Assembly: GCA_951804945.1 (NCBI GenBank)
Contig: OX638149.1
Coordinates: forward strand, 77,190,001-77,254,000
DNA length: 64,000 nucleotides
Direction of reading: 5' to 3'
From: Podarcis cretensis
Lineage: Eukaryota
Numbering within the stretch: position 1 is the stretch's first letter; every line of letters begins with the position of its first letter. The position numbers and the translations under genes were made by a program. The notes beneath the pieces are model-generated. The model had not been told where the DNA came from. It worked only from the letters and a program-made list of their open reading frames with translations, and did no database searches. Positions 23,141 to 35,350 of the stretch are shown here, piece after piece.

Positions 23141-24587
23141 TATTTTATTTAGCATGGTGTGTTTATCTGCTGCTCTCCTGTCACTAAGATACTTGGTTGC
23201 TTGTAATCATTTAAAAATCTGCAGGCTGGAATCAGCCTATGCTGCTTGCTCATGCAGCTGGGAGGCGACAGCCTCCTAAAACGTTAAAGGGTAATGTAAA
23301 AAATAGTTTATCCTGTTGGTGAGTTACTGGGGATTGACAGTAGACAGGACATGTGAATCGGCTGGTGCCCCCCCCCAAAAAAAAAACCCAGTACCAAAGA
23401 TATGCACAGTAATCGGAAGAGAAATGGTGAATGGTAAATCCACCCTCTGTTTACTATTATAGTAAAGGCTGAAGGAATGAAGCGATTAATGGATATGATA
23501 AATGAGCTGATTCATTAAACTCAGATTTAAAATGTGGGGTTTTTATTGGAGCGTGCAGCACACTCGATTTGGTGCTCAGTGCGGATGACAGCGCTGTTGA
23601 AAGCATTGCATGTCTCAGGATTTCAGCAGGGCGTTTATTTCCCAAAGGGAAAACAGTGCAATGTTGTTGGTTAGTCCACAGAATTGTTCGCCTTCATTTC
23701 AATATCCACAAAACAGCACACTTCTTTGAGTATGTTAATATTTATTTCAGTCAGTTGATTAGTGAACCTAGTAATAGGTGGAGAGCCCTAGCCCTTTGCA
23801 GAGAGACCACACACAATGCTTCATGCACCAAGGGTTGGGGGCAGACGGCAGGACTGCAACAAAGGAGTGAGCCAAGTGTGACAAGGGAGGCGGGTTTAAA
23901 AGCCATTAAAAGCAGGGGTGGGAATGCTGATGATGGACTCCAGTACCATCAGCCCCAGCCAGTGTGGCCAGTGGTCAGGAATGATGGGAGTTGTAGTGCA
24001 ACACTACCTGGAGGGATCACAGGTTCTCTAGCCTTTCATTAGATGCCAGGGAAATACCTGTCTTTGTAATAGGTAAGTGAGCAGGGAAGTTTATAGATTC
24101 TAGGGACTAATCATAAAAAGATGAATTTTACACACCCAGACAATCCGTGTCAGCAGAGGTCCAGTGTTATCCCCAAGAGTGTTGCTTTATTTTTATTTTT
24201 GCTAATGAACAGAATTGTTGCCTTTCCCGTCCTCTAGAGGACAGAAGGGGACATGGCACCAGAAGCCCATCATCTGTAACCAAGGCAAACGGCGAAGGAG
24301 CTTGCTTTTATATGCATCTAGTATCTAATGCTCTTGTGGGAGCTTAGGGTCTTAATATGTAACATTATGCATTTATATTATGTGAGAATAAAATATAAGG
24401 TTTCCCTTCAGTGTGGAAGAATGGGGTTTAATTGTCCTCTTTACCACAGGGTCATTATTTGACTTTGGGACTTTGCTTCCAGTTCTCTGATTCAGTTCCC
24501 TATCTGCAGAATTTTCATAAAAATCAGTTTGTGGGAAAATGGGGATAGTTGCTGAATAACATTATTCCCTCCATTCTCTTTCTCCAG

Positions 24588-24754
24588 GGGGCTTTGCCAC
24601 CTTCTCATCTTGCTTCCCAGGACTCTGCGAAGGGAAACCTACTGCTATCCTGCCAATGAGCATCTCCCAGCCATGCATGCCAGTGGCCAATGTTGGCCCA
24701 ACTCGCATCTTGCCTCATCTCTACCTAGGCTCCCAGAAAGATGTCTTAAATAAG
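24588..24754 (+). CDS. DUSP8: DUSP8 coding exon (GGFATFSSCFPGLCEGK...TRILPHLYLGSQKDVLNK)
   Basis: Polypyrimidine tract + CAG acceptor (ends 24587), 167 nt, donor AG|GTACAT. The translation is near-identical to human DUSP8 (end of rhodanese domain, start of DSP domain). Confidence 0.97.
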
Positions 24755-24882
24755 GTACATCATGTAAAGAAGAAGAAGAAGGGGAGGGAGGGAGGGAGGG
24801 AGGGAAGTGTAGCTTGCCTTAAAGAAACCCTTCTCCTTAAGACTTGGGAGAGCAGGTGGGTCACCTGTGTGGGAAACTATAT

Positions 24883-25121
24883 CATGGGTAGGCAAACTAA
24901 CCTCTGGGGGCTGGATCCAGCCCAATCGCCTTCTCAATCCGGCCCGCAGATGGTCTTTTTACATGAGTAGAATGTGTGCTTTTATTTAAAATGCATCTCT
25001 GGGTTATTTGTGGGGCATAGGAATTCATTCATTTTTTTTTCTTCAAAATATAGTCTGGCCCCCCCACAAGGTCTGAGGGACAGTGGACCAGCCCCCCACT
25101 GAAAAAGTTTGCTGACCCCTG
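24883..25121. mobile_element. hAT non-autonomous element, family B
   Basis: Ends CATGGGTAGGCAAACT...AGTTTGCTGACCCCTG. TSD is degenerate (TATAT shared). Confidence 0.88.
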
Positions 25122-26295
25122 CTGTATATTGTCTGATCAGGACAGGGGTGGGCCATTTTTGAATTGTGCAGCAAAACAGAGCTATAGACGTGAGCTCCCT
25201 TTTGAAGTGCTAAGGACATTAGCAGCAGGAGCATCAAAACTGCAACATTGACCCTGAGAGATCTTTATGACAGGGGAGCCAGCTGTTTCTTGCCAGAGCC
25301 CAGTGCCAGCCAAGCTAAAGAATAACACTGACCTCAACTCTTCCATGTCCAGCCTCAGAGCCAGAGGATGAGGTATTAAGCTTGGCATTCAACAGTGACT
25401 GATGGTGAGGTGAGGGCAAGGGAGAGTGTAGGGAACGGCAGCCCACATCTGCAAGCAAAGAACCCTTTGAGCAGGCCCCAAAATGGACAAAGATCTGCTT
25501 TGGGAGTTGGAGAGGGGAGGGAACAGGCAGCATCCTCTCAAAGGACACCAGAATGCTTGGGCTATGATATCACATCGGGGAAGAGAATTTCATTGAAAGA
25601 AAAAATAATACAAGTTAGAAGAAGAAAGAAACCGCAGTTGTTGTGAACATACCAGTGGGCACAAATCCTGGGCAGGAGAGAGCCAGTTGGGCATTCCTGC
25701 CTTGGGGGGAGGGTTAGGTAGAAGCGCCTGAACTAGAAACACTGAGAGGGGAAGGGGGAACATTTTACACAGGGAGTAGAAGGGAATGGGGGAGAAAAAT
25801 GCCAGGAATGTGAGCTCTGGAGCTCGGCTGGCTCCTAGGGACCGAGGTGAGAGTTATTACACAGAGACTACTTGGAAAATGGAGCCACAGAACTCGGGGG
25901 GGGGGCATAGCATTGGGCATCAGTAGCTGAAAACAGGAGGAATGGAATATGAGTGGGAACCCCAAAGAACTTTGCTCTGGATATTTTCTGTAAAACTCTG
26001 CTTTTAGAAGTGAGTCTTGGCTTCCCTACAGAAGTCCTGCTTTTTTCATTTTGGCAGCAGCCAGTGGTTTTTACTGAATCTTCATTGACCTCAGGCAACA
26101 GTGCCCAGCTGGCGGCCCAAACAGCCCCCTCTGTGATAGCACAGCCATACATTGCAGGCTGGGCAGCCTAGTAGCCAATGGAGGAGAAAGAAGAGGAGGC
26201 AATGACATCCTCAGGGCCTCTGGAAGAGTGGGTGAAAACATCCTACACTGGACTGCCAAACATCCATTGCTTCTCTCTTTCTCTCTCTCTCTCAG

Positions 26296-26455
26296 GACCT
26301 GATGACCCAGAATGGGATAAGCTATGTCCTCAACGCCAGCAACTCTTGTCCCAAGCCAGATTTCATATGTGACAGTCACTTCATGCGCATTCCAGTCAAT
26401 GACAATTACTGTGAGAAGCTTCTGCCCTGGCTGGACAAGTCCATTGAATTCATTG
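26296..26455 (+). CDS. DUSP8: DUSP8 coding exon (DLMTQNGISYVLNASNSCPKPDF...WLDKSIEFI)
   Basis: (CT)n tract + CAG acceptor, 160 nt, donor G|GTAAGA. Phase 0 to 1. Contains the general-acid Asp (VNDNYCE). Confidence 0.97.
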
Positions 26456-27440
26456 GTAAGACTGCAGACCAGCCACATTTGGGGCAGTTCATTAGTTCTT
26501 CTGGGCTGTAACCTTGGTTGCTGCAAAAGGCATCTGGGCAATAGTGGCTGCGTGGTTCATTTCCCCTCATGCACATGCACAGACTTCTGGTTTTTGTTTT
26601 TTGTTTAACTCTGATGTGTCCAAAACACTCAGTCTGCCCTTGGGAGGCACACTTTCTCCCTTTGTACAAAACAACCATCCTGTCCCCAGACAGCAAAGCT
26701 ACCAAGACTGTTGTAAACCCATAGCATCACCTGAGGTATAGCTAACACCACTTGGGAGAACAGTTGCTGCTACAGAAAGAAATGCCTCTTGCTCTATCAA
26801 GGTGCTTTTCTTTATCAACAACAACTATGCTCTTTCTGGTTCCAAAGATGATTGATTAAATGAGACTGGGAGTTCAAATAGTAATTTTCTTCCTAGCAAA
26901 TAGAGAGGGTGGGGAAAATAAAAAAAAGTCTCTTTAAAGCATATACTAGTGAATGGTTTGTTTTTTTAAAGAATAATAATATTAGCAACCCTTTGCAGGC
27001 CAGGAAGTCCCTCCACTATTTCTCATCAGATAAAACAGCAACATTATTGACAAGCCAAGAAGCCAAATAAACAAGTCCTGGTTTATAGCTTCCACTTCTT
27101 GGTTGCACATATTTGACTTACTTAAACCATTTAGATTTGTGTTTTTCCTCTTTATTTACTCTTCCAATTTTGTTAAAAAGCGTCTTCCTTCAGAGTCATT
27201 TCCAGAGAGGTAGCTGTGTTAGCATGCAGCAGGAAAAACAACCAAGACACTTGTGGCGCCTTAAAAGACTGACAGATTTATTACGTTCAAGCTTTTGTGA
27301 AGGGGCTTCTGGTCCACAAAAGCTTATGCTGCCATAAATCTTTGAGCCTTTGGGGCACTGCAAGTCTCTTTGTTGTTCAGAACAACGTAGATAGTAGAGT
27401 CCCAGAATATCGACCTGAAGGCTGTTTTCTTCTGCTGCAG

Positions 27441-27564
27441 ACAAGGCCAAGGTGTCCAGCTGCCAAGTGATCGTTCACTGCCTGGCAGGGATCTCCCGAT
27501 CGGCCACCATTGCCATTGCATACATCATGAAGACCATGGGGATGTCTTCAGATGATGCCTACAG
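27441..27564 (+). CDS. DUSP8: DUSP8 catalytic exon (DKAKVSSCQVIVHCLAGISRSATIAIAYIMKTMGMSSDDAY)
   Basis: CAG acceptor at 27440, 124 nt, donor AG|GTAAGT. Intact HCxxGxxRS PTP signature. This exon is missed by the ORF track. Confidence 0.97.
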
Positions 27565-28402
27565 GTAAGTTGCTTTCTGAAAGAGAGGGCACTAATGTTT
27601 TTCTTTGCATTTGACTTTGGGGTGTGGTTTTTTTCTTTAAAGTGGTGCCGTTTATCATGAAGCATACTTTCCATGTGTCTCGCTCAAGGGTACTGGCTAA
27701 TAAGCATGAAAGAACATAGTGCCATATACATTATAGGGTTGATTCCAATCATAGTCCTACCAGGTGTAAACCCATGGAAATCAATGGACGTGACTATCTC
27801 AGGTCCATTAACTTTAGCAGGTCTAGTCTGATAATACCTTAGTTAGATACCTCCAATAATCTACCTGTGCTGTGTTTTCAGTTACTCATTTGCCAGTTTC
27901 TTCAGTGTAAGCTTACCAGGCTGGTTTGCATGACTGTCAGGCTTGTAGTTGCCACTTGAATCTCATCTGCAGGTTGGCTCCCAGCCTGTTGCCAGCTGGT
28001 CCCCATGCATGTGCCAGCAGGCTCACAGCAGACGTAAGTGTTTAGCTGTTAGTGGCAACATGCAAAAAAAGAAGGAAAAGAAAGAAAAGAAACACCTTGG
28101 TGTGACATGTGGCAGTGGCAGAATGGGGACAAGGAGCCAACATCCACAGACAGATCCCATGGCTACTGCCGTGAGTCTGAAGGTTGTCCGAAATGACCAT
28201 TGCATAAACAAGGAGCAATCTTTAAAGCATCACATTACACCCCTACTCCTTGATGTCCCAGGATGTGGGGGGGGGGGGGACAGATCCAGCCGATTTCCAG
28301 TGCTGCATTGAATCATACAATTCTTGCAGCATCCCGCACCCAAATCCTTAGAAGTAAGAAAGGGCCCAGTAACAACTGCAGCTGTCTCGTTTGCCCCAAC
28401 AG

Positions 28403-29516
28403 GTTTGTAAAAGACCGGCGTCCCTCCATCTCGCCCAACTTTAACTTCCTGGGTCAGCTCCTAGAGTATGAGAGAAGCCTGAAGCGGCTCAAGGCTCTGA
28501 AGGCCCAAGGGGAGAAGGGCGAAGGGGAATCCCAGCAAGACCAGCCAGAAGCCCCTGAAGGCTACAGGCACCAGATTCTGTCTACCTCAGAAAAGGCTGA
28601 GGAGCTATTCAGAAGCACAACCTCGGAGACCTCCTCGCTTGACTCCGAGAAGCCAGTGGGAGTCTCCAAGGTTGTCTCGCCTACAGCACTGCAACAAGGG
28701 CTCCGTGGCCTCCACTTGTCTTCGGAGCGCATCCAAGACACCAACCGGCTGAAGCGTTCCTTCTCCCTGGACATCAAGTCAGCCTACACCCCTAGCCGGA
28801 GGCAGCAGGACCCTCCAGGTCCAACAGAGGCAGGAGAAACCCCCAAGCTGTGCAAGCTGGACAGCCCATCAGGTCCCAACGGCACATGCCAGTTCTCCCC
28901 TGTCCCAGACAGCCCAGACTGGCCCAGCGGGCCCGACTTCCTCCTCGAGGCCAAAGTACGGCAGAGACGGAAGCACAGGCACCAAGCCGGCTCCCCTGCC
29001 CACGGGCTGAGCCTTAACTTCAGTGGGGTGTGCGCCATGCACAAGAGCGCCAGCGTGGAGGACAGCCTCAAGCAGACGCTTCGGGCGGGCCTCCCCGGTG
29101 TGGGGCAGCAGCCGACCGCCACCCCGGCGCCCACCGGCACTTGGGGGGTGCACTTGGAGTCCCCTGGCACCCCTTCCTCTGAGAACCCCTGGTACTTCAG
29201 CACAGACTCAGCGGCGGGCAGCAAAGGCAGCGGGAGCGGGACTCTGTTTGCCGGCGCCACCACCTACTCCTCCTTCAGCTGCAGCACAATCCAGGCGAGC
29301 TGCGAGATCAGGCTGAGGGACAAGCAGCGGGGCGAGCCGCGGGACGTGCGGCACAGCTGGCACGAGGACACCGCGGCCGAGAAGCAGTTCAAGCGCAGGA
29401 GCTGCCAGATGGAGTTCGAGGAGACCCTGTCGGAGAGCAGGTCTCGGGAAGACCTGGGCAAAATCAGCAAACAGTCTAGCTTTTCGGGCAGCATGGAAAT
29501 CATTGAGGTGTCCTGA
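28403..29516 (+). CDS. DUSP8: DUSP8 terminal coding exon (RFVKDRRPSISPNFNFLGQLLEYE...SFSGSMEIIEVS*)
   Basis: CAG acceptor at 28402, phase 2 continuation, TGA at 29514-29516. DUSP8/16 tail motifs LQQGLRGLHL (NES-like), LKRSFSLDIK, QFKRRSCQMEF and IIEVS are present. Confidence 0.97.
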
Positions 29517-30621
29517 CACTCACCTTGTGAGATCTGAGAGCAAGTTGCGTGTGCATCAGTGGGTGGGTGGGGAGGGGGAAGGCTGGCAAGATATTTAACT
29601 AGGGAGAGGGAAGGGGGAGGGGAGGGTATTATTTATATGCCTGTGTGCGTTTCCAAAGGGCACACATGCTGAAGCAAAGGCAAAGCTAAACGAATCCAAA
29701 GTCAAGAAACATAACGGTGCATGCTTGGTGCCCTCCCCTTTATGTTCCTACCTCCACCACCAAGGCAAAACCACACCGCATTCCCTTTGTTGGCTGGTGG
29801 AGGGTGTATTAACTCTTTAAAGCCTGGATTCCTTCCTTTCGCATGTAGTGCTCTCTCTGCCCACCCGCCCCCCCCCCAAAAGGCAGGGGGAAGGGGAGAG
29901 CTGAGGTGTAACTTCAAAGGTGGGGTGAAAGAGAAACAGGGGAGATATTAACATTGTAAAGACTTCCACTGATGTAAAAGCTTTTTTTTTCATTGAAAGA
30001 AGATTATTGTTGTTTGATCTGCAGGTTTGCAGTGGGGGAAGTCTAAAGGGAAGCAGGTTCTTTTCTTGTGAGAGTACATTAGCAACTGTTGATATTACCC
30101 ACCCGCTCCCATTACAGGAGGAGAGCTTCCCTCCCGTTCCATCAGGGTGGGACATTATCTGTGGGTGGCTCCTTCCCAGATTGGGCTGCAGAAACCTGGA
30201 GGGGCTAAATTTCAATAGCTTCCCTAGGTGTGTCCCCCCCTTCCCATACTGAGCATGCTCCTCTTGTGTTTCTCTGGCTAGAATTCTTAAATGCTGCACT
30301 GCGGCAGCCCTATACATATATAAATATATATTATATATAATATAAGAGAGAGAGAGAGAAACACAAAGAAAAAAGTTTAAATGGTTTTACTACAGTTTTT
30401 ATTGAGACAAATAATATTTCAACTTTTCTTTTTAATTTATTTGAAGCTTTTCATTCTGGCAATGATTTTCAGACAATGTAGGGGCGGTACTTATCAGCTC
30501 TATTTTTACTGTGTATGGTATTTAAATCTGAAACACGAGTTTCAAAGCAATATCCTAGGCCTGCGGCTCCTTCTGTAACTCACGTCAGTGACGCAGACAC
30601 CCCAAAAAGTGGGATGAGAAA

Positions 30622-30623
<2 letters not shown>

Positions 30624-30668
<45 letters not shown>
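30624..30668. repeat. (TG)n(AG)n compound microsatellite in the putative 3' UTR
   Basis: Direct reading. Confidence 0.95.
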
Positions 30669-33354
30669 ATGCATGTGCGTGCACTTTTATTTAAAAAGAA
30701 AAGTGAGAAAATGTTCAACACAAACTGAGCCAGGAATCCTTCTTAATGTTTCTTTACTTCCTACACCTGTCGCATCTGCAATCAAAGCCATAAAACCTTT
30801 CTCTTCCTGGGTCTGGGTGGAGTATCACGGGGTTCCTTTATAAGAGAAGGAGAGTCCTGTTCTAAAGTCAGGAAGGGGCATCAAGAGAGCTTGATGAGTA
30901 TTGGGTTTTCTTTTTAATTTTCTCTCTAGAGGAAATGTATTGGACCTGAGGGTTAAATTCCCAGAGGCTGAGTCCCTTTCCAGCAGCCCAGGATATCTCC
31001 CAGATGAATGATGGTGACAAATAGGCCATTCCCTGCCCTTCCGAAGGGGGGTGGATTATGGCGAATGGCCATTCAGATGCTGCTCTTTTCAAATAGTGTT
31101 CAACCCAGTCTCCATCAGGTTTTGTGGAAGGGGTTAGGGGGATACTTGATGCCTAAAACCTTGGCAAAGGATGGCTTTAGCCAGCTGAATGCATTCTATT
31201 ATTGTGGTACTAGAGGGGGGGAAATCATTGAAGGTTCTTAGGGATCCATCCCACTGTAAGGAAGTGTCCACTTACTGCTGCAAGCAGGAATTTCTTCCCA
31301 GCTTCAGTTCTCCATCATAAATTTGTGCCTACTCTGAAGTACATGTTCACTTTCTATCAGGGAGCTGCTGCCATACAGAGACTTCATAACGAATGCAAAT
31401 CAGCCAATGAGAAAACAGTCCAAAGACAAATATAAAGACCAGTAAAAGACCAAACTGAACAGCCTTTTGAGAAAGGAAGTTCTAGGAAAGATAGAAAGTA
31501 TTTCAGCTGTAGTGCAAAGGACCCACTGATCCATTCCCAGCTCTCCCACATTCAGCAGTCATCTTCCAACTGATGAGTTCACAAGGAGATTAGCTTGGCT
31601 ATAGAACCTATTTGTCTTATCATTGAGAAATAGGGTTCATTGGCTGTGATATTACCTACAAAAGAAACCTAGTCCTGAGATCCCCACTGGCATACTTCAT
31701 GGGGGAATGGTTGGCTGTAAGAAATCCTCCTGGCACAGGATTTCTTTTCCTTTTTTCAGAGATAGGGAAGAAAGATTCTCCCGAAACTTTTCTAAAGATA
31801 TACACCAAAAGACAGAGAAGAGGACAGGGTTAACCCAAGGTATTTTGACCCTTGAAATGGATAATCCATATCTTCCCACCTCATCCCAATGGTAAAAAGT
31901 ATAAGAATAAAGTACACCACTTATGTCACTCTTTAATGGCAGAAATCTGCTGCCTGAAGTGGCTGCTTCTTTCCGTTTCATATTGGGGGTGGCCCTGGAT
32001 GAGGATGAGCTGGAGTCTGTTCCCCCTAGTTGAACTAAGGCAGCCTTGCCCACCCTAGGGTTCCCAGGTCTTGTTGGGATGATGAGAGATGTAATCCAAC
32101 AACCCCTGGGGTCAGGGGAAGGCTGAACCGAAGGGCAGGTTGAAACATGATGGTCTTTTTTTGTGTAGTTGCTAGGAAGGTTGCTGTGCAGTGAAGGCTC
32201 TCTACAGAGGTGGTAACATTTGTAAATCACCAACTGTGCAGATGGGCCCAATCACATGGAGAGTCGAACCCCAGCGAATCACGTTCATGGTTGCAATCTG
32301 TCCATGTGATTGGACTGATCTACATGGTATGTAGCTGTGAAATATTACCATTCTTGCACAACGCTGCTGCACAAAGTATTTTTTGGAGGCCACGTTGTTC
32401 ACATTGGTCTCTTGTTCTGCTCCAAGTGATGGCCTCAGCAGTATGGTCACTCCAACCCACAAGGCAAAGGTCTAGGTTCCAGCAGGTACTAAGCTGGCAA
32501 GGCAAGGTCTAGGTTCTGGCAAGGCGAGAGCGCCCTGGACAGCAGGCTGGAGACTCAGAGCAGAGCTCAGATGTTGTCTCGGCACTATTCAGCCTCATGC
32601 TGAACCTTATGTAGGAGCTGCAGCTCTGTGTAACCAACTCTACTTTGGGTGAGAGGATTCTCATTTAAAGGGGCCCATCCTGCTTTGACAGGCAAATGGA
32701 TCCAATGGAGTTAGGGAGACTCTAGTTGCATGAGGGCTTCTAGAGTCCTTCAGGTCAGAGGAGGGCACTGTGTCCATCTTGGGCCAAAAAGGTGCTGCAA
32801 CAACGGGCTTCTGCTGCGCCAGTGTTTCTGGTTAGTATGGACATTTGCAGCTGACCAAGGGTCGATCCCTCTCACATTCTGAATATTTGGCCTCATCCCC
32901 CAAAGTTTGGGAGTCTGACCCTGGGGGCTTGAGCAGGAGAATGAGTTAGCAAATCAGTAGAGTGTTGATAATTCAGCTAATAGGGCAAAGGTTCCCAGTC
33001 AAAAACAGAAAAGTGGGAGGGAAGAACATTTTCGCTCTTTGGCCACACTGGTCTTCTTCCCTTTTGAGGAGTAGCAACACATTCCCTCAACAGCTCCTGG
33101 CAGAGGCACTGCAATGCTGCTTCCTTCTTTTGGAACACAGGCCTAGAGCCATCTCTCTTAAAGCCGAAAGCACATTTTTCTCTTTGTGTAACTGATTTTG
33201 CATTTGCTCCTTTCTTATCACATGCTGGTTTTTTGAGCCAATACCTCAGGGTTGTTTGTGTAGCTTTTAAATGAGAAAAAAAATTATTTGAGATAAAAGC
33301 AACTTCATTTCTTTTCCCATTTTCTTTCTTGTTGAAATGTGATTTTTTTACAAA

Positions 33355-33390
33355 AATAAAAAATCCTACACAAGACAAAAAATAAATAAA
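33355..33390 (+). terminator. Candidate polyadenylation signals (AATAAA at 33355, 33381, 33385)
   Basis: Three AATAAA hexamers after a U-rich stretch (33170-33350). An alternative AATAAA lies at 31906. Confidence 0.4.
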
Positions 33391-33842
33391 AATCTCAGGT
33401 TCAGAGCTTACCAACACAAACCACAGGGAGCAGCAATATGATGTTTTTGCATCAGATTGTCTGTTTCCTGACTGTAACAATTGCTGTCTGTACTCTACCA
33501 AGACATAAGGTAGAGACCTCATGATACTTATTTTACCAAAATATTTTCATATTAGATGCTGCAAGCTCAGAAGTGATCCGACTGACCTGCATAGTATTTT
33601 GAAAGTAGCATGACAGAGTAGTAGGGGCTGGGGGAAGTGGAATAGGATAAACATGGGTAACCTAGGTTGAGAGTTTCTTTTTGATCCCTCTTCACATCTT
33701 CAACCATAACTTAATGTATCTGGGTGCTTAATGTATATTGATGCTTTCAGATGCTTTAAGTTCAGAATCCTCATTTCCTCCAGTAGATTGCATCCAAAGG
33801 GTGGATTAACCCTTTAGCAGCATGAAACTCCATGTTTTAAAC

Positions 33843-33953
33843 CAGTGTTTCTCAAACTTTGGTCCCCAGCTGTTGTTGGACTACAACTCCCATCATCCCT
33901 GACCGCTGGTCCTGCTAGCTAGGGATGATGGGGACCCAAGTTTGAGAAACACT
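33843..33953. mobile_element. hAT MITE (URR1/Charlie-like palindromic)
   Basis: TIR AGTGTTTCTCAAACTT...AAGTTTGAGAAACACT with internal GGACTACAACTCCCATCATCCCT. Confidence 0.8.
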
Positions 33954-35172
33954 TAATCCTGTGCCTCTTTTCCTGTGGAACCAACAGGAGAATAGCATTC
34001 AGACATGCAGGTGATTAGAACAGATATTGCTGCAGGGCAGAACAGTTCATAATGGAGCACTGCTTTCATAAATGGTATGCAGTAGACATGAAGGATGAAA
34101 TCTATAAGGCTGTTAAGCAATCCAGTCTTCAGCAGTCACTCCCCAGCAACTCTGCTTTTCACAACTAAATTGCTGTCCTAGGTTGGTTGTTGTTGTTGTC
34201 CACAAGGAATTAAAAACAGTCACTTGGAAAGTTCACAGATCATTGGCACTGCAGTGTTCAGCATGTCCCTTGGGAATTTTTACAGGGATTACCTGGAAAA
34301 TCCTATCTCTTTTCAGTGTCTGCTGCCATCTTTGCCGTGACACAATGTGCTACTTGCACTCTGTGAATACCAAGGGCCCTTGAGATCTGTTCTGTGTTAC
34401 AAGTGTAGCAGTGTTTGGTGCAGAAAATACCACAAGGACAAATTCGTGACAGCTACTGAACACTTGAAATTTATACAAAAGTGCTGCAGTCCATTCTGTC
34501 AGACAAAAACTTTCTCAGTTCACAATCTGATTTCAGCCAGTGCTGCAAAGTCAATTCTTACAGTATATGCTAGCAACTAATAGCATCAGTGGGGAAGGCC
34601 AAAAATGAATGGTTTCTTGCTCTGAAGAGCTGCCACCTGCTGTCATTTCAGAGCAATCACTCCTCCAGAATTAAAAGGTGGGGAAGAATATGTGGGTATT
34701 CAGGCTAGCATTCCCAGCAAGCTGCAAAATTGCCAACAGTTCCCTTCAGCAGGAAAAAAAAAGTGGGCCAATCTGAGTGGGGGGAGGAATTTCTAGGACA
34801 ATTGGTGGAGATTGAAGTGAAAATCTGGGGGTTTTCTCAAATGCAGAGAATATCAAGAAAAGAAGAGCAATTTAAAATAGTGAAAGACACAGTCTTAATC
34901 TTCACCCTTCTTATGAAAATCAAATTTGCATTTTCTATTTCCTTTCTAACCGTGTTAGAAGCCATATTTGGCTATTTTCCATAGCCCTATGTGGAATGTA
35001 TCCTGCAGGAGATAATCTACCATTGCCTTCTATTGAAAACATCAGAAAAATGCCATTATGCTTGTCTTAGTTGAACTCAAAAGGCATCTTTGCCTTGTCT
35101 TTATTGGGATCAGGTTAAGCCCACAGGTGACCTAGAACAGCTTTTCCTGAAAATATTATTAGCTGTTTAACT

Positions 35173-35350
35173 AAGGGTTGCCATATTTCAAAAAATGAAA
35201 ATCCAGCCACAAAAGTTGTTGAGCTTCTTTTGCTAAATTTCAAGCTTTTTTAAAGGAAATTGGCCAAAATCTACATGTCCAACATGGGCTGCCATATGGC
35301 TGGCCAAATCCCAGCTATGTCTGGAAAATTCTGGACGTATGGCAACCCTA
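35173..35350. mobile_element. hAT (Blackjack-like) MITE
   Basis: TIR AGGGTTGCCATA...TATGGCAACCCT. Degenerate 8-bp TSD GTTTAACT/GTTGAACC. Confidence 0.72.

Larger units (their letters stand above)
29517..33390 (+). other. DUSP8: Putative long DUSP8 3' UTR
   Basis: Follows the stop codon. Contains an AU-rich block at ~30370-30560 and a U-rich distal block ending in clustered AATAAA. The 3' end is inferred, not observed. Confidence 0.45.

Noticed and set aside
1-24587. Canonical DUSP8 rhodanese-domain exons (LVIDSR..., KLVKRRLQQ, VVVYDQST)
   Set aside because: No matching translation found by eye or in the ORF track. They are presumed to lie upstream of the window; tBLASTn should confirm.
28263-28402. 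N-terminal part of the 417-aa ORF
   Set aside because: Intronic read-through upstream of the acceptor at 28402, with no DUSP8 homology.
28562-29519. Antisense and alternate-frame ORFs over the last exon
   Set aside because: Shadow ORFs expected from GC-rich coding sequence.
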